Positions 28,465 through 38,822 of a stretch of 64,000 bases of DNA are shown in pieces (position 1 is the stretch's first letter; each line of letters starts with the position of its first letter). The notes under the pieces are model-generated. The model saw only the letters and a list, made by a program, of their open reading frames with translations. It had not been told where the DNA came from and searched no databases. The stretch covers positions 17,761 to 81,760 of the forward strand of contig JANMPT010000039.1 of the NCBI GenBank assembly GCA_031370005.1, in the 5' to 3' direction. Source of the DNA: Bdellovibrionales bacterium. GTDB lineage: Bacteria > Bdellovibrionota > Bdellovibrionia > Bdellovibrionales > Bdellovibrionaceae. A program made the position numbers and the translations under genes.

Positions 28465-28659
28465 GCTGATTTTGTAGACTGAAGTAAATAGGACGGGCCT
28501 ATAGTTGTTTTGGAGTTGGGCCGCCCAGGAATGCATGCCTGAGCTGGTCGACCCCTGCGAAGCACCCCTCCACGGGGCCCACAATAAAATTCAAAAAACA
28601 AATCGACGCAAAAAAGCTTCGATAAGAATGGGACTATAAAAAGAAAAATATGCTAGCCT

Positions 28660-29373
28660 TTACTTAGTGGTTCCTTGGTAGATATAAGCAATGCCTCCGG
28701 TGAGGGCAGTAAAACCCATTTTACTAAAGTCACCTGTTTCGTCCATGAGTGCAATAAACTCTTCACGGCAAGGGAAGGCCGCGGAGGATTTTTGTAGATA
28801 CTCATAAGCTTCGCCTTGGCCCGTTACGAGGCCACCAAGTTTCGGCAATATTTTTTCAGAATAGAAATTATAAAGTGGACCCAGTACCGGCATTTTTACT
28901 TGCCCAAATTCGAGAACCATCACTTGGCCACCTGGCTTCGTCACGCGAGCCATCTCTTTAAGACCCTTTACCGAGTCTCCGACATTGCGAATCCCAAAAG
29001 AGATACTGCAGATATCAAAAGTATTATCGGGATATTGTAGCTGAGTCACATCCGCTTGTTCAAAGCGAATATCAAGACCCCTTGCCAAGGCCTTTGCCGG
29101 AGCTGGGGTCAGCATTTCGGCACAGAAATCGGTGCCAATCACTTGGCCAGTGGGGCCAACGGCTTTTTTGAATTCAATTGCAAGATCACCTGTGCCGGTA
29201 GCGCAGTCGAGAACAGCTTGTCCCGCATAAGCGTCGCTCATTTTCACCAATTTTTTGCGCCATAAATGGTGAACTCCCATGGATAGCACATTATTGCCCT
29301 TATCGTAGTTCGCCGCGACTTTGCTGAACATATTGCGAATGATTTCGGGATTTGGAGAGTGTTTTGGTAGCAC
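28660..29373 (-). CDS. menG: Demethylmenaquinone methyltransferase MenG/UbiE
   Basis: MFSKVAANYD..N..LS.G.H..W, VLDCATGTGD, ISFGIRNV, RVTKPGG. Confidence 0.92.
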   Translation of the reverse strand: MLPKHSPNPEIIRNMFSKVAANYDKGNNVLSMGVHHLWRKKLVKMSDAYAGQAVLDCATGTGDLAIEFKKAVGPTGQVIGTDFCAEMLTPAPAKALARGLDIRFEQADVTQLQYPDNTFDICSISFGIRNVGDSVKGLKEMARVTKPGGQVMVLEFGQVKMPVLGPLYNFYSEKILPKLGGLVTGQGEAYEYLQKSSAAFPCREEFIALMDETGDFSKMGFTALTGGIAYIYQGTTK

Positions 29374-29382
29374 GAGCGGTCC

Positions 29383-30222
29383 TTATTGGTGGGTGAGCTT
29401 TTGCAAAGGACGATCAAGTGCTGTTAGTACTTTTTCAATTTTCGACATCATCTTTGCGAAGTCGTCAAATGTCAGAGCCTGAGGCCCATCAGATAAGGCT
29501 TCTGCAGGGCGGGGATGCACCTCGACGATAATGCCATCTGCGCCAGAGGCCGCCGCCGCAATGGCGAGGTCTGGGACTAAGGCTCGAATACCTACAGCAT
29601 GGGAGGGATCGACGATAACTGGGAAGTGAGTATTTTTCTTAACGTAAACAACCGCATTGAGATCCAAAGTATTGCGAGTGGCAGTTTCAAAGGTTCGGAT
29701 GCCGCGTTCGCAGAGGATCACGTTTTGATTGCCGCCGGCAGTGATATACTCAGCGGCTTTTATCCACTCGTCGATCAAGGCAGCAAAGCCACGTTTCAAA
29801 AGGATCGGCTTATTAGTACGGCCGAGCTCTTTCAGCAAGGAGTAGTTGTGCATGTTGCGAGAACCTACTTGGAACATATCAACAAGGTCAGCGACTTCTT
29901 CGATTTGGCGGACATCAGTGATTTCTGATACGAGACCCATTTGTGTCTCTTTACAAACAGACCGGATAAGATCAAAAGACGATTCGCCCATGCCCTGGAA
30001 GTTCTTAGCGGAAGTTCTCATTTTCCAAATGCCACCACGAAGTAAGCAAGCTCCTTGGCTTTTAACAGCTTTTGCTGTTTCAAGAAATTGGGCATGGCTT
30101 TCAATTGAGCAGGGGCCAGCTAAAACAGAGAATTGAGGGCCCCCAATTTTGAGAGTCCCGTAGGCCGTCTTGATCTTGACGATTTGGGTTGAGGGAGTTG
30201 TTTGCATACTTTCGATTTCCAT
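29383..30222 (-). CDS. aroF: DAHP synthase, class I-beta
   Basis: AGPCSIES, QVGSRNM, LLKRG, CERGIRTF, VDPSH, EVHP..ALSDG. Confidence 0.9.
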   Translation of the reverse strand: MEIESMQTTPSTQIVKIKTAYGTLKIGGPQFSVLAGPCSIESHAQFLETAKAVKSQGACLLRGGIWKMRTSAKNFQGMGESSFDLIRSVCKETQMGLVSEITDVRQIEEVADLVDMFQVGSRNMHNYSLLKELGRTNKPILLKRGFAALIDEWIKAAEYITAGGNQNVILCERGIRTFETATRNTLDLNAVVYVKKNTHFPVIVDPSHAVGIRALVPDLAIAAAASGADGIIVEVHPRPAEALSDGPQALTFDDFAKMMSKIEKVLTALDRPLQKLTHQ

Positions 30223-30334
30223 ATTACGAACATCCCAGGTTAGTTTTTGTGCGGCAATTAGTTATCAAATTCTTACCACAGCTATTGACCCTTTGGGTCA
30301 AAAAACCGAGGATTTTGTGGAAGCGCAGGTTAGC

Positions 30335-31399
30335 ATGAAGCCATCGAGTTTTACAAACTTTTTAGAATCCGGAGCCCTCTTGCGCTCTGGTCCTGAAAGC
30401 TGGCTTTTACTAGAGGGGCCCTTTACTGCAAAGGATCAAGTGGCTCTTGGCGAAGTGGCTTTGTTCCATCCAGATTTTTTTACTGGAACTGAAAACAGTT
30501 ATTGGATTCCGCAGTTATTTTATAGACTTACTGATCGCGACCTGGAAGTTCTATGCTCTGGATTAGATACATCTATGCTGCAACCTCTGGCTTGGCGAGA
30601 GGCTGAGTTACAAAGTTTTACCACTTCTTTTAAGACCATTTTAGAGCGTATTCATCAGGGTGCTCTTAAAAAAGCGGTGCCTATCGTTTTCGAGGCTTCA
30701 ACAGGCAATATCGACCCGACAAGGATCGTTGCAATGATCAAGGAGTTGCTGAAGGCTCCACCAAATTTATATGTGTTTGGTTCCTGGCAAAATGGATGCG
30801 GGATTTTAGGAGCCACACCTGAGGTTCTTTTGAAGCAGGAGGGTCGTACTTTGAAGACTTTGGCTATTGCTGGAACCTGTCCTAAAGAAGATGCCGCTGA
30901 TCGAAGTTCGTTGTTAGAGGACCCAAAAGAGCTTCATGAGCATGACTTGGTAGCGCAAGATATTTTTCAAAGCCTTGCACGCTATGGTGGTGCAAAAACT
31001 GAGGGACCTGAAATTCTTGAGCTGGCAACCTTACTCCATTTAAAAACAGATATCGAATGCCAACTCTCTGAGAACAAGGATTTTTCTTTTTTTGGAGCCT
31101 GTCGGACGCTGCATCCAACACCCGCTCTTGGGGTTTCTCCGCGTGACTATGGCTACGAGTGGATGAGCAGCTTGCCAGAGCAAAAAGAACGTCGTGGCTT
31201 CGGCGCTCCCTGGGGAATTTCGTGGTCAGCGGAGGAGGCTTTGTGCTTAGTTGCCATTCGCAATATTCAGTGGAATCCGGCTGGGTCTAGAATTGGTTCT
31301 GGATGTGGTATCGTCGCTCAGAGTGATTTACATCAAGAGTGGCGAGAGCTTTTCCAAAAAAGGAGATCGGTGAAAAAGTTGTTGGGATTAGAGACATGA
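30335..31399 (+). CDS. menF: Isochorismate synthase
   Basis: GATPEVL, AIAGT, KELHEH..V, LHPTPALG, GSGCGIV; directly upstream of menD; start placed at ATG 30335. Confidence 0.88.
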   Translation: MKPSSFTNFLESGALLRSGPESWLLLEGPFTAKDQVALGEVALFHPDFFTGTENSYWIPQLFYRLTDRDLEVLCSGLDTSMLQPLAWREAELQSFTTSFKTILERIHQGALKKAVPIVFEASTGNIDPTRIVAMIKELLKAPPNLYVFGSWQNGCGILGATPEVLLKQEGRTLKTLAIAGTCPKEDAADRSSLLEDPKELHEHDLVAQDIFQSLARYGGAKTEGPEILELATLLHLKTDIECQLSENKDFSFFGACRTLHPTPALGVSPRDYGYEWMSSLPEQKERRGFGAPWGISWSAEEALCLVAIRNIQWNPAGSRIGSGCGIVAQSDLHQEWRELFQKRRSVKKLLGLET

Positions 31400-32979
31400 C
31401 AAATATGCAGTTGGCAGCCAAGGTGCTGCAAGGTCTGGTGTCATCTGGTATTCGTGAATTCTGCCTCTGCGCGGGAGCCAGAAACAGCCCTTTTGTGCAC
31501 ACCTTAGAAGAGAGTCAGGGCATCAAAGTTTATTCTTTTTTTGACGAACGTTCGGCGTCTTTTTTTGCTTTGGGCCGTATGGCGCAAACGCAAAGACCAA
31601 TGGCAGTAATTACTACTTCCGGGACAGCGGTAGCAGAGCTTTTGCCGGCAGCAATTGAAGCTACTTATTCCTCTTTGCCTTTGGTCATGGTGACTGCAGA
31701 TCGTCCAAAGTCATATCGTGGCTCCGGGGCGCCACAGAGCATTCAACAAGTAGGGATTTTCTCTTATTATATTGAAGCATCTTTAGATATTGATGCGGCG
31801 AACAGTCACTTCTCAGTAAAGGGGCTGACTTGGAAAAAACCCATTCATATCAATGTATGTTTTGATGAGCCATTGATCGATGGTCCTATGGTGAAACTGG
31901 AAATGTCAACGACCAGCGAGTGGGTGAAGTTCCCAGAAAACGTGGAACACACAGCGGAACATGAGACGACTCACTTTTTAAAGATCTACAATCCGATTGT
32001 CATTCTTGGAACCTTGCCGACAAAGGCACAGCTGCCAGTTTTGAGTTTCCTTAAAAAAATTCAATGTCCAATTTACGCTGAAGGGATCTCCGGGCTTCGT
32101 GGCCATCCGGAACTTATGCACTTAGAGATTCGCTCTGGTGAAAATTATATCAATCGACTTTTTGATCAAGGTACTTGCAATGCAGTTCTCCGAATTGGTG
32201 GCGTTCCTACAGCCAGGTTATGGAGAGACCTTGAAGGAAAACGCAAAAATATCCCTGTTTTTTCTGTGGGCTACAATCATTATTCGGGACTGAGTCGCGC
32301 GGTGACTCACTTTACTCATTTGGCCTCTCTGCCGATGATTCAAAGTCCGGAAAGGTTTAAGGATCTGGGACCTCTTCTAAAAGAAGATTTACAAATCGCG
32401 TATAAAAAGGACGAACTTTTGGCGAAATATCCGCGCTCTGAGCCCTCTATGGTTTGGGCCTTGTCGAAAAAACTCAAAGGGCAGTCTGTGTATTTAGGAA
32501 ACAGCCTGCCGATTCGTCACTGGGATTTGGTCGCTGACTTTGATTCTTATCCTTCACAGGTGGTGGGAAATCGCGGCGCAAATGGAATCGATGGTCAAGT
32601 GGCCACATTCTTAGGCTGGGCAGATTCTGCCACAGAAAATTGGTGTCTGATTGGGGACCTAACAGCAATGTATGACCTGTCTGCCTTGTGGATCACTCCT
32701 CAACTTGAAAGCAAAAAGATGCGGATCGTGGTTATCAACAATAGAGGTGGCCAGATTTTCCAACATTTGTTTAAAAAAGATATTTTTCTTAATCGTCATG
32801 ATCTTGAGTTTGAACATTGGGCTAAAATGTTTCACTGGGACTATCAGGTCTGGGAAACGATTCCAGCAGATAGCCAACAAGAGACTGTACTTGGAGAGCA
32901 TCAAGTCATTGAATTAATTCCAGACCCACAACAAACTGAGGCCTTCCATCGCGAGTGGGATTTAATTTGGAAAAAGTAA
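31396..32979 (+). CDS. menD: SEPHCHC synthase
   Basis: DERSASFFALG, TSGTAVAE, TADRP, NRGANGIDG, GDL, NNRGGQIF. Confidence 0.95.
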   Translation: MTNMQLAAKVLQGLVSSGIREFCLCAGARNSPFVHTLEESQGIKVYSFFDERSASFFALGRMAQTQRPMAVITTSGTAVAELLPAAIEATYSSLPLVMVTADRPKSYRGSGAPQSIQQVGIFSYYIEASLDIDAANSHFSVKGLTWKKPIHINVCFDEPLIDGPMVKLEMSTTSEWVKFPENVEHTAEHETTHFLKIYNPIVILGTLPTKAQLPVLSFLKKIQCPIYAEGISGLRGHPELMHLEIRSGENYINRLFDQGTCNAVLRIGGVPTARLWRDLEGKRKNIPVFSVGYNHYSGLSRAVTHFTHLASLPMIQSPERFKDLGPLLKEDLQIAYKKDELLAKYPRSEPSMVWALSKKLKGQSVYLGNSLPIRHWDLVADFDSYPSQVVGNRGANGIDGQVATFLGWADSATENWCLIGDLTAMYDLSALWITPQLESKKMRIVVINNRGGQIFQHLFKKDIFLNRHDLEFEHWAKMFHWDYQVWETIPADSQQETVLGEHQVIELIPDPQQTEAFHREWDLIWKK

Positions 32980-33749
32980 GATCCGAAAATCCTATTGGGA
33001 ATAAAATTAAGATCATCTGCCTTCACGGATTTTTGGGCCTTCCATCGGATTGGGATTTGATTCGAAACTATTTTATGGCGTCGTCCCTTGCAGACCAATT
33101 TGAGTGGTGGTCTGTTGATTATTTGAATACTCCCGGTCTTGATCCCAGAAACGATTTTACAGCCTGGGCTAAAAATTTTAATAACAAAGTACTTCAGCGT
33201 TTTCCTGAGGGGCCTCGTATTTTAGTGGGTTACTCTTTGGGTGGACGCTTAGCTTTGCATGCCTTGAAGGTGGCCTCTGAGCTTTATGACAACGCTATCT
33301 TTATTTCCACAAATCCAGGTCTGCTGCGTGATAAAGAAAAAGCTGAGCGAGAGAAAAGCGACCAACAGTGGTCTGAGAAATTTTTAAAAACTCCTTGGGC
33401 AGAGCTTATGAACGAATGGAAAACGCAACCAGTTTTTAAAGATAGCCTAACTGAACCGCATCGCCTAGAGGCCAGCTATGACCGCAGCATGTTGGCGCAG
33501 TCGCTGCAGCAGTGGTCACTGGTACGACAAGAAGATTTCCGCGACTTCATTGCACAAAAGGGCTCTCAGATTTTGTGGGTCTGCGGGGAGAAAGACATTA
33601 AGTTTGCGAGCATTGCTATGGAGCTGGAGAAGCGCTCTGCCAAAATTCAGTCGGTGACTTTGCCGAAGGTTTCTCACCGTATTCTCTTTGATCAGCCTAG
33701 CGGGTTAGCACAGGCAATGCTTTCTTATATTTCACAAGATCATGGCTAA
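32955..33749 (+). CDS. menH: SHCHC synthase (alpha/beta hydrolase)
   Basis: LHGFLG, GYSLGGRLA, GEKDIKF; follows menD. Confidence 0.85.
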   Translation: MGFNLEKVRSENPIGNKIKIICLHGFLGLPSDWDLIRNYFMASSLADQFEWWSVDYLNTPGLDPRNDFTAWAKNFNNKVLQRFPEGPRILVGYSLGGRLALHALKVASELYDNAIFISTNPGLLRDKEKAEREKSDQQWSEKFLKTPWAELMNEWKTQPVFKDSLTEPHRLEASYDRSMLAQSLQQWSLVRQEDFRDFIAQKGSQILWVCGEKDIKFASIAMELEKRSAKIQSVTLPKVSHRILFDQPSGLAQAMLSYISQDHG

Positions 33750-34585
33750 AGTTCGGCCATCATGTTTTGAATCCATGTTTGATAGAGCAAGGCATTGGTG
33801 TAAACAACACCCTTGTTGCAATTGTTGTCTACATCATCAACTGAAGAATGGTTGGCAACGCCCCAGAAGTAGTACTTGAGCTGCCCATGAGAGTCCTTCA
33901 TGTAGAAATACGCGGGGCCACCTGAATCCCCATGGCAAACAGATGAACCTTTACTTTGATCTAAAAGAATTTCTGTGGAGCTATAGTTGGGATTGGAGAC
34001 AGTCAGTGTTGTGTAACGTAAGACTCCCGCACCCACCTGAGTCTGAGCGTTTTTAATGCCATAGCCTAGAACAATGGTTTTGGCACCTTTAAGAATTTTC
34101 TGGTCTTCAGGTAAAAACTCCACAGCTTTGTATCCTTTCGGCAAAGCAATACCCTCAAATTTAATAACGGCGATGTCGCCAGTATTGATATCTTCACTTT
34201 GTCGAAGTGCCCAGTACGGAAAGGCCTGCATTGCAATCACACGGCGTCGTTCGGTTTTGCCATTTGGTTTAGCAGCAAAAAATATATAGAGGTTATTTGG
34301 ATTTTCTTTATCCAAGCAATGGGCGGCGGTTAGAGCATATTGGTTGCCAATCAAGGAGGCAGAGCAAACTTCTTGAGTGAAACTATTGATCAATAGTACA
34401 ACGCTTTTTGACAGAGAGCTGTTGTTAGCAACATCATTGCCTGCAATGATGTTGGAGGGATTTCCTTCATCGGCTGAGTATTTTATTTGAAATTGTTTCG
34501 CTGGAGTGCAGGCGCTAAGGTTGAGGCCCAAAAGCACACCGGCAAGTATAGCGAAATTTTTTGAACCCCTCATAATCCAACCCAT
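33746..34585 (-). CDS. Trypsin-like S1 serine protease lipoprotein
   Basis: LSAC lipobox; LTAAHC, DIAV, CHGDSGGP. Confidence 0.92.
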   Translation of the reverse strand: MGWIMRGSKNFAILAGVLLGLNLSACTPAKQFQIKYSADEGNPSNIIAGNDVANNSSLSKSVVLLINSFTQEVCSASLIGNQYALTAAHCLDKENPNNLYIFFAAKPNGKTERRRVIAMQAFPYWALRQSEDINTGDIAVIKFEGIALPKGYKAVEFLPEDQKILKGAKTIVLGYGIKNAQTQVGAGVLRYTTLTVSNPNYSSTEILLDQSKGSSVCHGDSGGPAYFYMKDSHGQLKYYFWGVANHSSVDDVDNNCNKGVVYTNALLYQTWIQNMMAEL

Positions 34586-34712
34586 CCTATTTCCAAGTTC
34601 TGTCTACTTCTATGCGCCGCATTGCGTTATGGCATCATCGCTGAACTCGGATGGAATCTCAAGGGCAATATTTAGACTTTATAAATAATATCAAAGGTTT
34701 TCAGGCGATAAA

Positions 34713-35669
34713 CTAGTAGATTTTACACGCTTCGGCGGCCTCAATGAGAGCACTTTTGGTATCTGGTTCGGAAGCCGCGTGACCGGCACTTGAAGTGAAT
34801 CGAAGTTCTGCTTCGGGCCAAGCCTTATGCAGGTCCCAAGCGCTGCGGGCAGGACAGACTATGTCGTAACGACCCTGTACTATAAAGCCTGGAATATGGC
34901 GAATTTTATGAACATTTTCGAGAATCCAATTGTTCGTAGGGAAGAAGGCATTATTCACAAAATAATGGCACTCGATGCTTGCAAATGAAATTGCGAAGTC
35001 TGGGTCATCAAATTCATCAATTGCTTTGCGGCTTACAATTAATCTAGAGGTCGCAGCTTCCCACTTGCTCCAAGCTTTTGCGGCCTCTAACTGTGTCGTG
35101 TAATTAGTATCTGTCAAACGTTTGTAATAGGCCTTTACGAGTTGGTTTTGCTCTACCTTTGGAATGGGTTTAAGGTACTCATCCCAAATATCTGGAAAAA
35201 TATGGGAAGCTCCATCCTGGTAAAACCAATGAATTTCAGAAGGACGGCATAAAAAGACCCCGCGCAAAATCAAAGCCGCAGCTCTTTCCGGGTGAGTGAT
35301 CGCGTAAGTGAGAGCTAAGGTGGAGCCCCAGCTGCCACCAAAGACGATCCAGCTTTTAATATCGAGGTGAGTACGGATTTTTTCAATATCGCTAATAAGA
35401 CTCCAGGTATCATTTTCGCGAAGCTCGGCTATCGGGCGGCTTTTTCCGGAGCCCCGCTGATCAAATAAAATAATGCGATAGTGAGTTGGATCAAAAAAAC
35501 GGCGGTGTTCAGGGTGTATGCCGCCGCCAGGTCCGCCATGAAGAAATACAATTGGCCGCCCCTTTGGATTCCCGACTTGCTCATAATAGAGTTCATGGAT
35601 ATCAGAGACCTTCATGCGGCCTGTTTCATAGGGTTCAATTTCGGGATAAAATTCGCGCAGTTCTGTCAT
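34713..35669 (-). CDS. pip: Proline iminopeptidase
   Basis: LHGGPG, FDQRG, FGGSWGSTL, QGRYD, AGH. Confidence 0.95.
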   Translation of the reverse strand: MTELREFYPEIEPYETGRMKVSDIHELYYEQVGNPKGRPIVFLHGGPGGGIHPEHRRFFDPTHYRIILFDQRGSGKSRPIAELRENDTWSLISDIEKIRTHLDIKSWIVFGGSWGSTLALTYAITHPERAAALILRGVFLCRPSEIHWFYQDGASHIFPDIWDEYLKPIPKVEQNQLVKAYYKRLTDTNYTTQLEAAKAWSKWEAATSRLIVSRKAIDEFDDPDFAISFASIECHYFVNNAFFPTNNWILENVHKIRHIPGFIVQGRYDIVCPARSAWDLHKAWPEAELRFTSSAGHAASEPDTKSALIEAAEACKIY

Positions 35670-36715
35670 GGTTGGATTTTTCTCGGCCAAAATTTTTGCC
35701 GTTCTTTGAGATCAATAAAACTTACCGAGGCCGCAATGTCGTTGGCTTTTTTGAAATCTGCAAGGCTAAAACTATGCACTCGGTGAAGAACTTCGTAGTC
35801 ATCTGAAAGCTGGGTGCCGAAGATTCCCGGATCATCGGAGTTTATCGTTACCTTAATGCCCGCGTTCATCAGGGAGCGAATTGGATGGTCCTCATGAGTT
35901 TTGCAGGCTTGGGTGAGCCAGTTGCTGATGGGACAGACTTCTAGTGGAATGCCTTTATCGCGGACAAAGCGAAGCACATCTGGGTCATTGATGATTTGAA
36001 TGCCATGACCGATGCGTTCAGCGCCTAAAATTTCAATTGAGTCTTTGACCCATTGTGCGGAGAGTGGAGTGTCGGCTTCGCCAGAATGCACGGTGATGTG
36101 GAGGCCTGCTTCGCGAGCTTTTAAAAACAAGCCGGTGAATTTTTTGGGGTCAAAGCCATCTTCATTGTCAGCGAGATCAATAGCAATGAAACTTTCTTTG
36201 TGCTCAATTGCGAAATCGCAAACATTTTTTGCTACTTCAATTTGTTTAGTTCTTTGCATAATGCAGATTAAACCTACTGCCATAGGGAAATTTTTCTTTG
36301 CAAGGTCTACGCCCTTACAGAAAGATCGATGAATCTTTCCAAAACTTAGAGAGCTATGACCGTCAGCAATAAAGCTCGGCGCATAGCGAAGTTCTAGAAT
36401 GCGAACACCCTCATTGTAGGCATCTTCACAGGCCTCATAGGCTAGGCGAATAAGTATTTCTTCAGAGTGAAGGAGTTTTTGTGCATGTAAAAATTTGCTC
36501 AAGACAGCACGAAGGTCCTTCATTTGTCCAGTGACGAGCAGAAAATCTCTCTGAGCGCTATAATCCTGTGGCAGCTCGAGCCCAACATGAGGGGCAAGCT
36601 CAACCATGGTGCTCCAACGCATTGAGCAGTCGAGGTGCCGATGCAGTTCTACTTTTGGAAGCGCTTTTAATTCATGAGAATAAATTTTTGTTAAATTCAT
36701 ACTCTCAGATATCAT
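35666..36715 (-). CDS. add: Adenosine deaminase
   Basis: ELHRHLD, TVHSGE, RIGHG, EVCPISN, NSDDP. Confidence 0.92.
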   Translation of the reverse strand: MISESMNLTKIYSHELKALPKVELHRHLDCSMRWSTMVELAPHVGLELPQDYSAQRDFLLVTGQMKDLRAVLSKFLHAQKLLHSEEILIRLAYEACEDAYNEGVRILELRYAPSFIADGHSSLSFGKIHRSFCKGVDLAKKNFPMAVGLICIMQRTKQIEVAKNVCDFAIEHKESFIAIDLADNEDGFDPKKFTGLFLKAREAGLHITVHSGEADTPLSAQWVKDSIEILGAERIGHGIQIINDPDVLRFVRDKGIPLEVCPISNWLTQACKTHEDHPIRSLMNAGIKVTINSDDPGIFGTQLSDDYEVLHRVHSFSLADFKKANDIAASVSFIDLKERQKFWPRKIQP

Positions 36716-36781
36716 TCTTGCCCCGTCCTAAGCATCTCTTTTTGTTGACGCAAATATACATTTTAGAAGAGGATATCGTCT

Positions 36782-38803
36782 ATGACAGAACCAATGAAAA
36801 TCACGAATAAACTTGCTGGGAATCCGAGCCAAGAGCCTCAATTCAAAACCTATGTCACTATTGACAAGGATGGAAAGAAGATTCCAGCGGTGGACCCACG
36901 GGCTACCCGCGCCCTTATCTCTTTGATGGATATGAATGCCGTTCTTGGTGGCGCGGCTTCACATTACGGCGGTCCTGCGGCGATGGCTGAGCTGATGTCA
37001 GCACTTCATGCGCACGTTTTTCATGAAGCTAAAACTGCTGGCAAGCAATGGTTTGATCTTTACAACTTGGTGAATGATGCCGGTCACTGTGAAAACGGCT
37101 TGTATGCCTTGAAAGCTAATTATGGCTTGGCGGGGTTAAGCCTGAATGCACTTAAAAAATTTCGTTCAATTGATAGTCCTTTAACTGGGCATGGAGAGGT
37201 TCACTGCTTTCCTCAAGGAGTTTTTATTAGTAATGGTCCTTTGGGCTCAGCCTTTCCGCAAACTCAGGGCGTGTCTATTGGGGATGCCTTAGCTGGGCGC
37301 GATCGCGTGACTGTGACAGTGGTTTCTGATGGAGCTAGCATGGAGGGAGAGGCCAAAGAATCTTTTGCTGCGATTCCGGGTTTAGCAAAAGCAGGCAAGA
37401 TGGCTCCATATGTGATGATCATTAGTGATAACAATACAAAACTCACAGGGCGTATTGACACGGAAAGTTTTTCTATGGCTCCGACTTTTGAGTCTCTGAA
37501 AACTTTGGGTTGGAATGTGATTGTGCTTGAAAAAGCCCACGATCTTCAAGCCTGCTATGATACCTTGACTAAAGCTATCGATGTGGCCCGCAAAAATCCA
37601 AAGCAACCAGTGGCAATTCATGCAAAAACCATCAAAGGCATTGGCACAAAGAAAACAGCAGAGTCCGCAAGTGGTGGTCATGGTTTTCCATTAAAAAGCC
37701 CTTCAGAGTTGCCAGCGTTCTTGAGTGAAATTTACAACGGAGAACAACTTCCGACAGAGTTTTCTATTTGGATTGAAGAACTCAACAAATTAGAAACTCA
37801 TATCAAGGCCACGTCGACAAAAGATACGGGTGAGAAAATTCAAAACGGTGTGGCGAGTGCTTTGATTCGCGCCAGAAAAGAAAACTTACCGGTGATTTCA
37901 GTAACTGCGGATCTTCCTGGCTCCACAGGACTTGCGGCGTACCGTAAGGAATTCCCTGCGGACTCCATTGATGTGGGGGTTGCCGAAAGTAATATGATCT
38001 CCACGGCGGCAGGACTTTCTAAGGTGGGCTATATCCCGGTTGTAGACACTTTTGCACAGTTTGGAGTGACCAAGGGAGCTTTGCCATTCATTATGAGTTC
38101 TTTGTCTGAGGCTCCGGTGATTGCAATCTTCTCACACACGGGTTTTCAAGATGCAGCCGATGGAGCTTCTCATCAAAGTTTAAGCTATATGGCGATGCTG
38201 GCGTCTATTCCACATGTCGAGACCTATGCTTTGACTTGCAGTGAGGAGGCCGATGCATTGGTTTATCAAGCACTTTACAAAACAGCAGAAGCACGCAGTA
38301 AGGGAAAGGTGCCTCCGTCATATGTGTTTTTCTTAGGTCGAGAGAACTTCCCGAAATCATATACAGCAGGTCTTAAGTATGAACTCGGCCGTGGGCAGAC
38401 TCTTTTTGATAATACGGACAAGTTCCCGACCAGCGTCACTTTGATTGCCGCGGGCTCCATGGTTCCTGAGGCTTTGAAAGCCGCTCAAGAGTTGATAAAT
38501 CACAAAATTGGCTCTGTTGTGGTGAATCCGTCATGCTTGAACCATCTGGATTTAGCTTTGCTGGAAGAGAGTCTTGCAAAAACCAATAATACCTTTATCA
38601 CCGTTGAGGATCATCAGATCATCGGCGGATTGGGACAGATGATTTGTCACGCATTGGCAGAAGAGGGCATGAGTTTTAAGTGTCATACTTTGGGTGTGCG
38701 TGGTGAGTTCGGACAAAGCGCTTATACAGCCCTGGATCTATATAAGAAACACGGCATTGACAGTGAGGCGATCACTGACAATGCGGTTGAACTTATAGAC
38801 TAA
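36782..38803 (+). CDS. tkt: Transketolase
   Basis: DAGH, TGHGE, NGPLG, SDG..MEG, KTIKG, GVAE, TVEDH. Confidence 0.85.
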   Translation: MTEPMKITNKLAGNPSQEPQFKTYVTIDKDGKKIPAVDPRATRALISLMDMNAVLGGAASHYGGPAAMAELMSALHAHVFHEAKTAGKQWFDLYNLVNDAGHCENGLYALKANYGLAGLSLNALKKFRSIDSPLTGHGEVHCFPQGVFISNGPLGSAFPQTQGVSIGDALAGRDRVTVTVVSDGASMEGEAKESFAAIPGLAKAGKMAPYVMIISDNNTKLTGRIDTESFSMAPTFESLKTLGWNVIVLEKAHDLQACYDTLTKAIDVARKNPKQPVAIHAKTIKGIGTKKTAESASGGHGFPLKSPSELPAFLSEIYNGEQLPTEFSIWIEELNKLETHIKATSTKDTGEKIQNGVASALIRARKENLPVISVTADLPGSTGLAAYRKEFPADSIDVGVAESNMISTAAGLSKVGYIPVVDTFAQFGVTKGALPFIMSSLSEAPVIAIFSHTGFQDAADGASHQSLSYMAMLASIPHVETYALTCSEEADALVYQALYKTAEARSKGKVPPSYVFFLGRENFPKSYTAGLKYELGRGQTLFDNTDKFPTSVTLIAAGSMVPEALKAAQELINHKIGSVVVNPSCLNHLDLALLEESLAKTNNTFITVEDHQIIGGLGQMICHALAEEGMSFKCHTLGVRGEFGQSAYTALDLYKKHGIDSEAITDNAVELID

Positions 38804-38822
38804 GACTTCTTGAAAGCTTAAA

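Larger units (their letters stand above)
27668..28746. mobile_element. Toxin-antitoxin islet bounded by 88-bp direct repeats, no integrase
   Basis: Direct repeats derived from the menG 3' end enclose only a toxin-antitoxin operon and its promoter. Confidence 0.6.
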
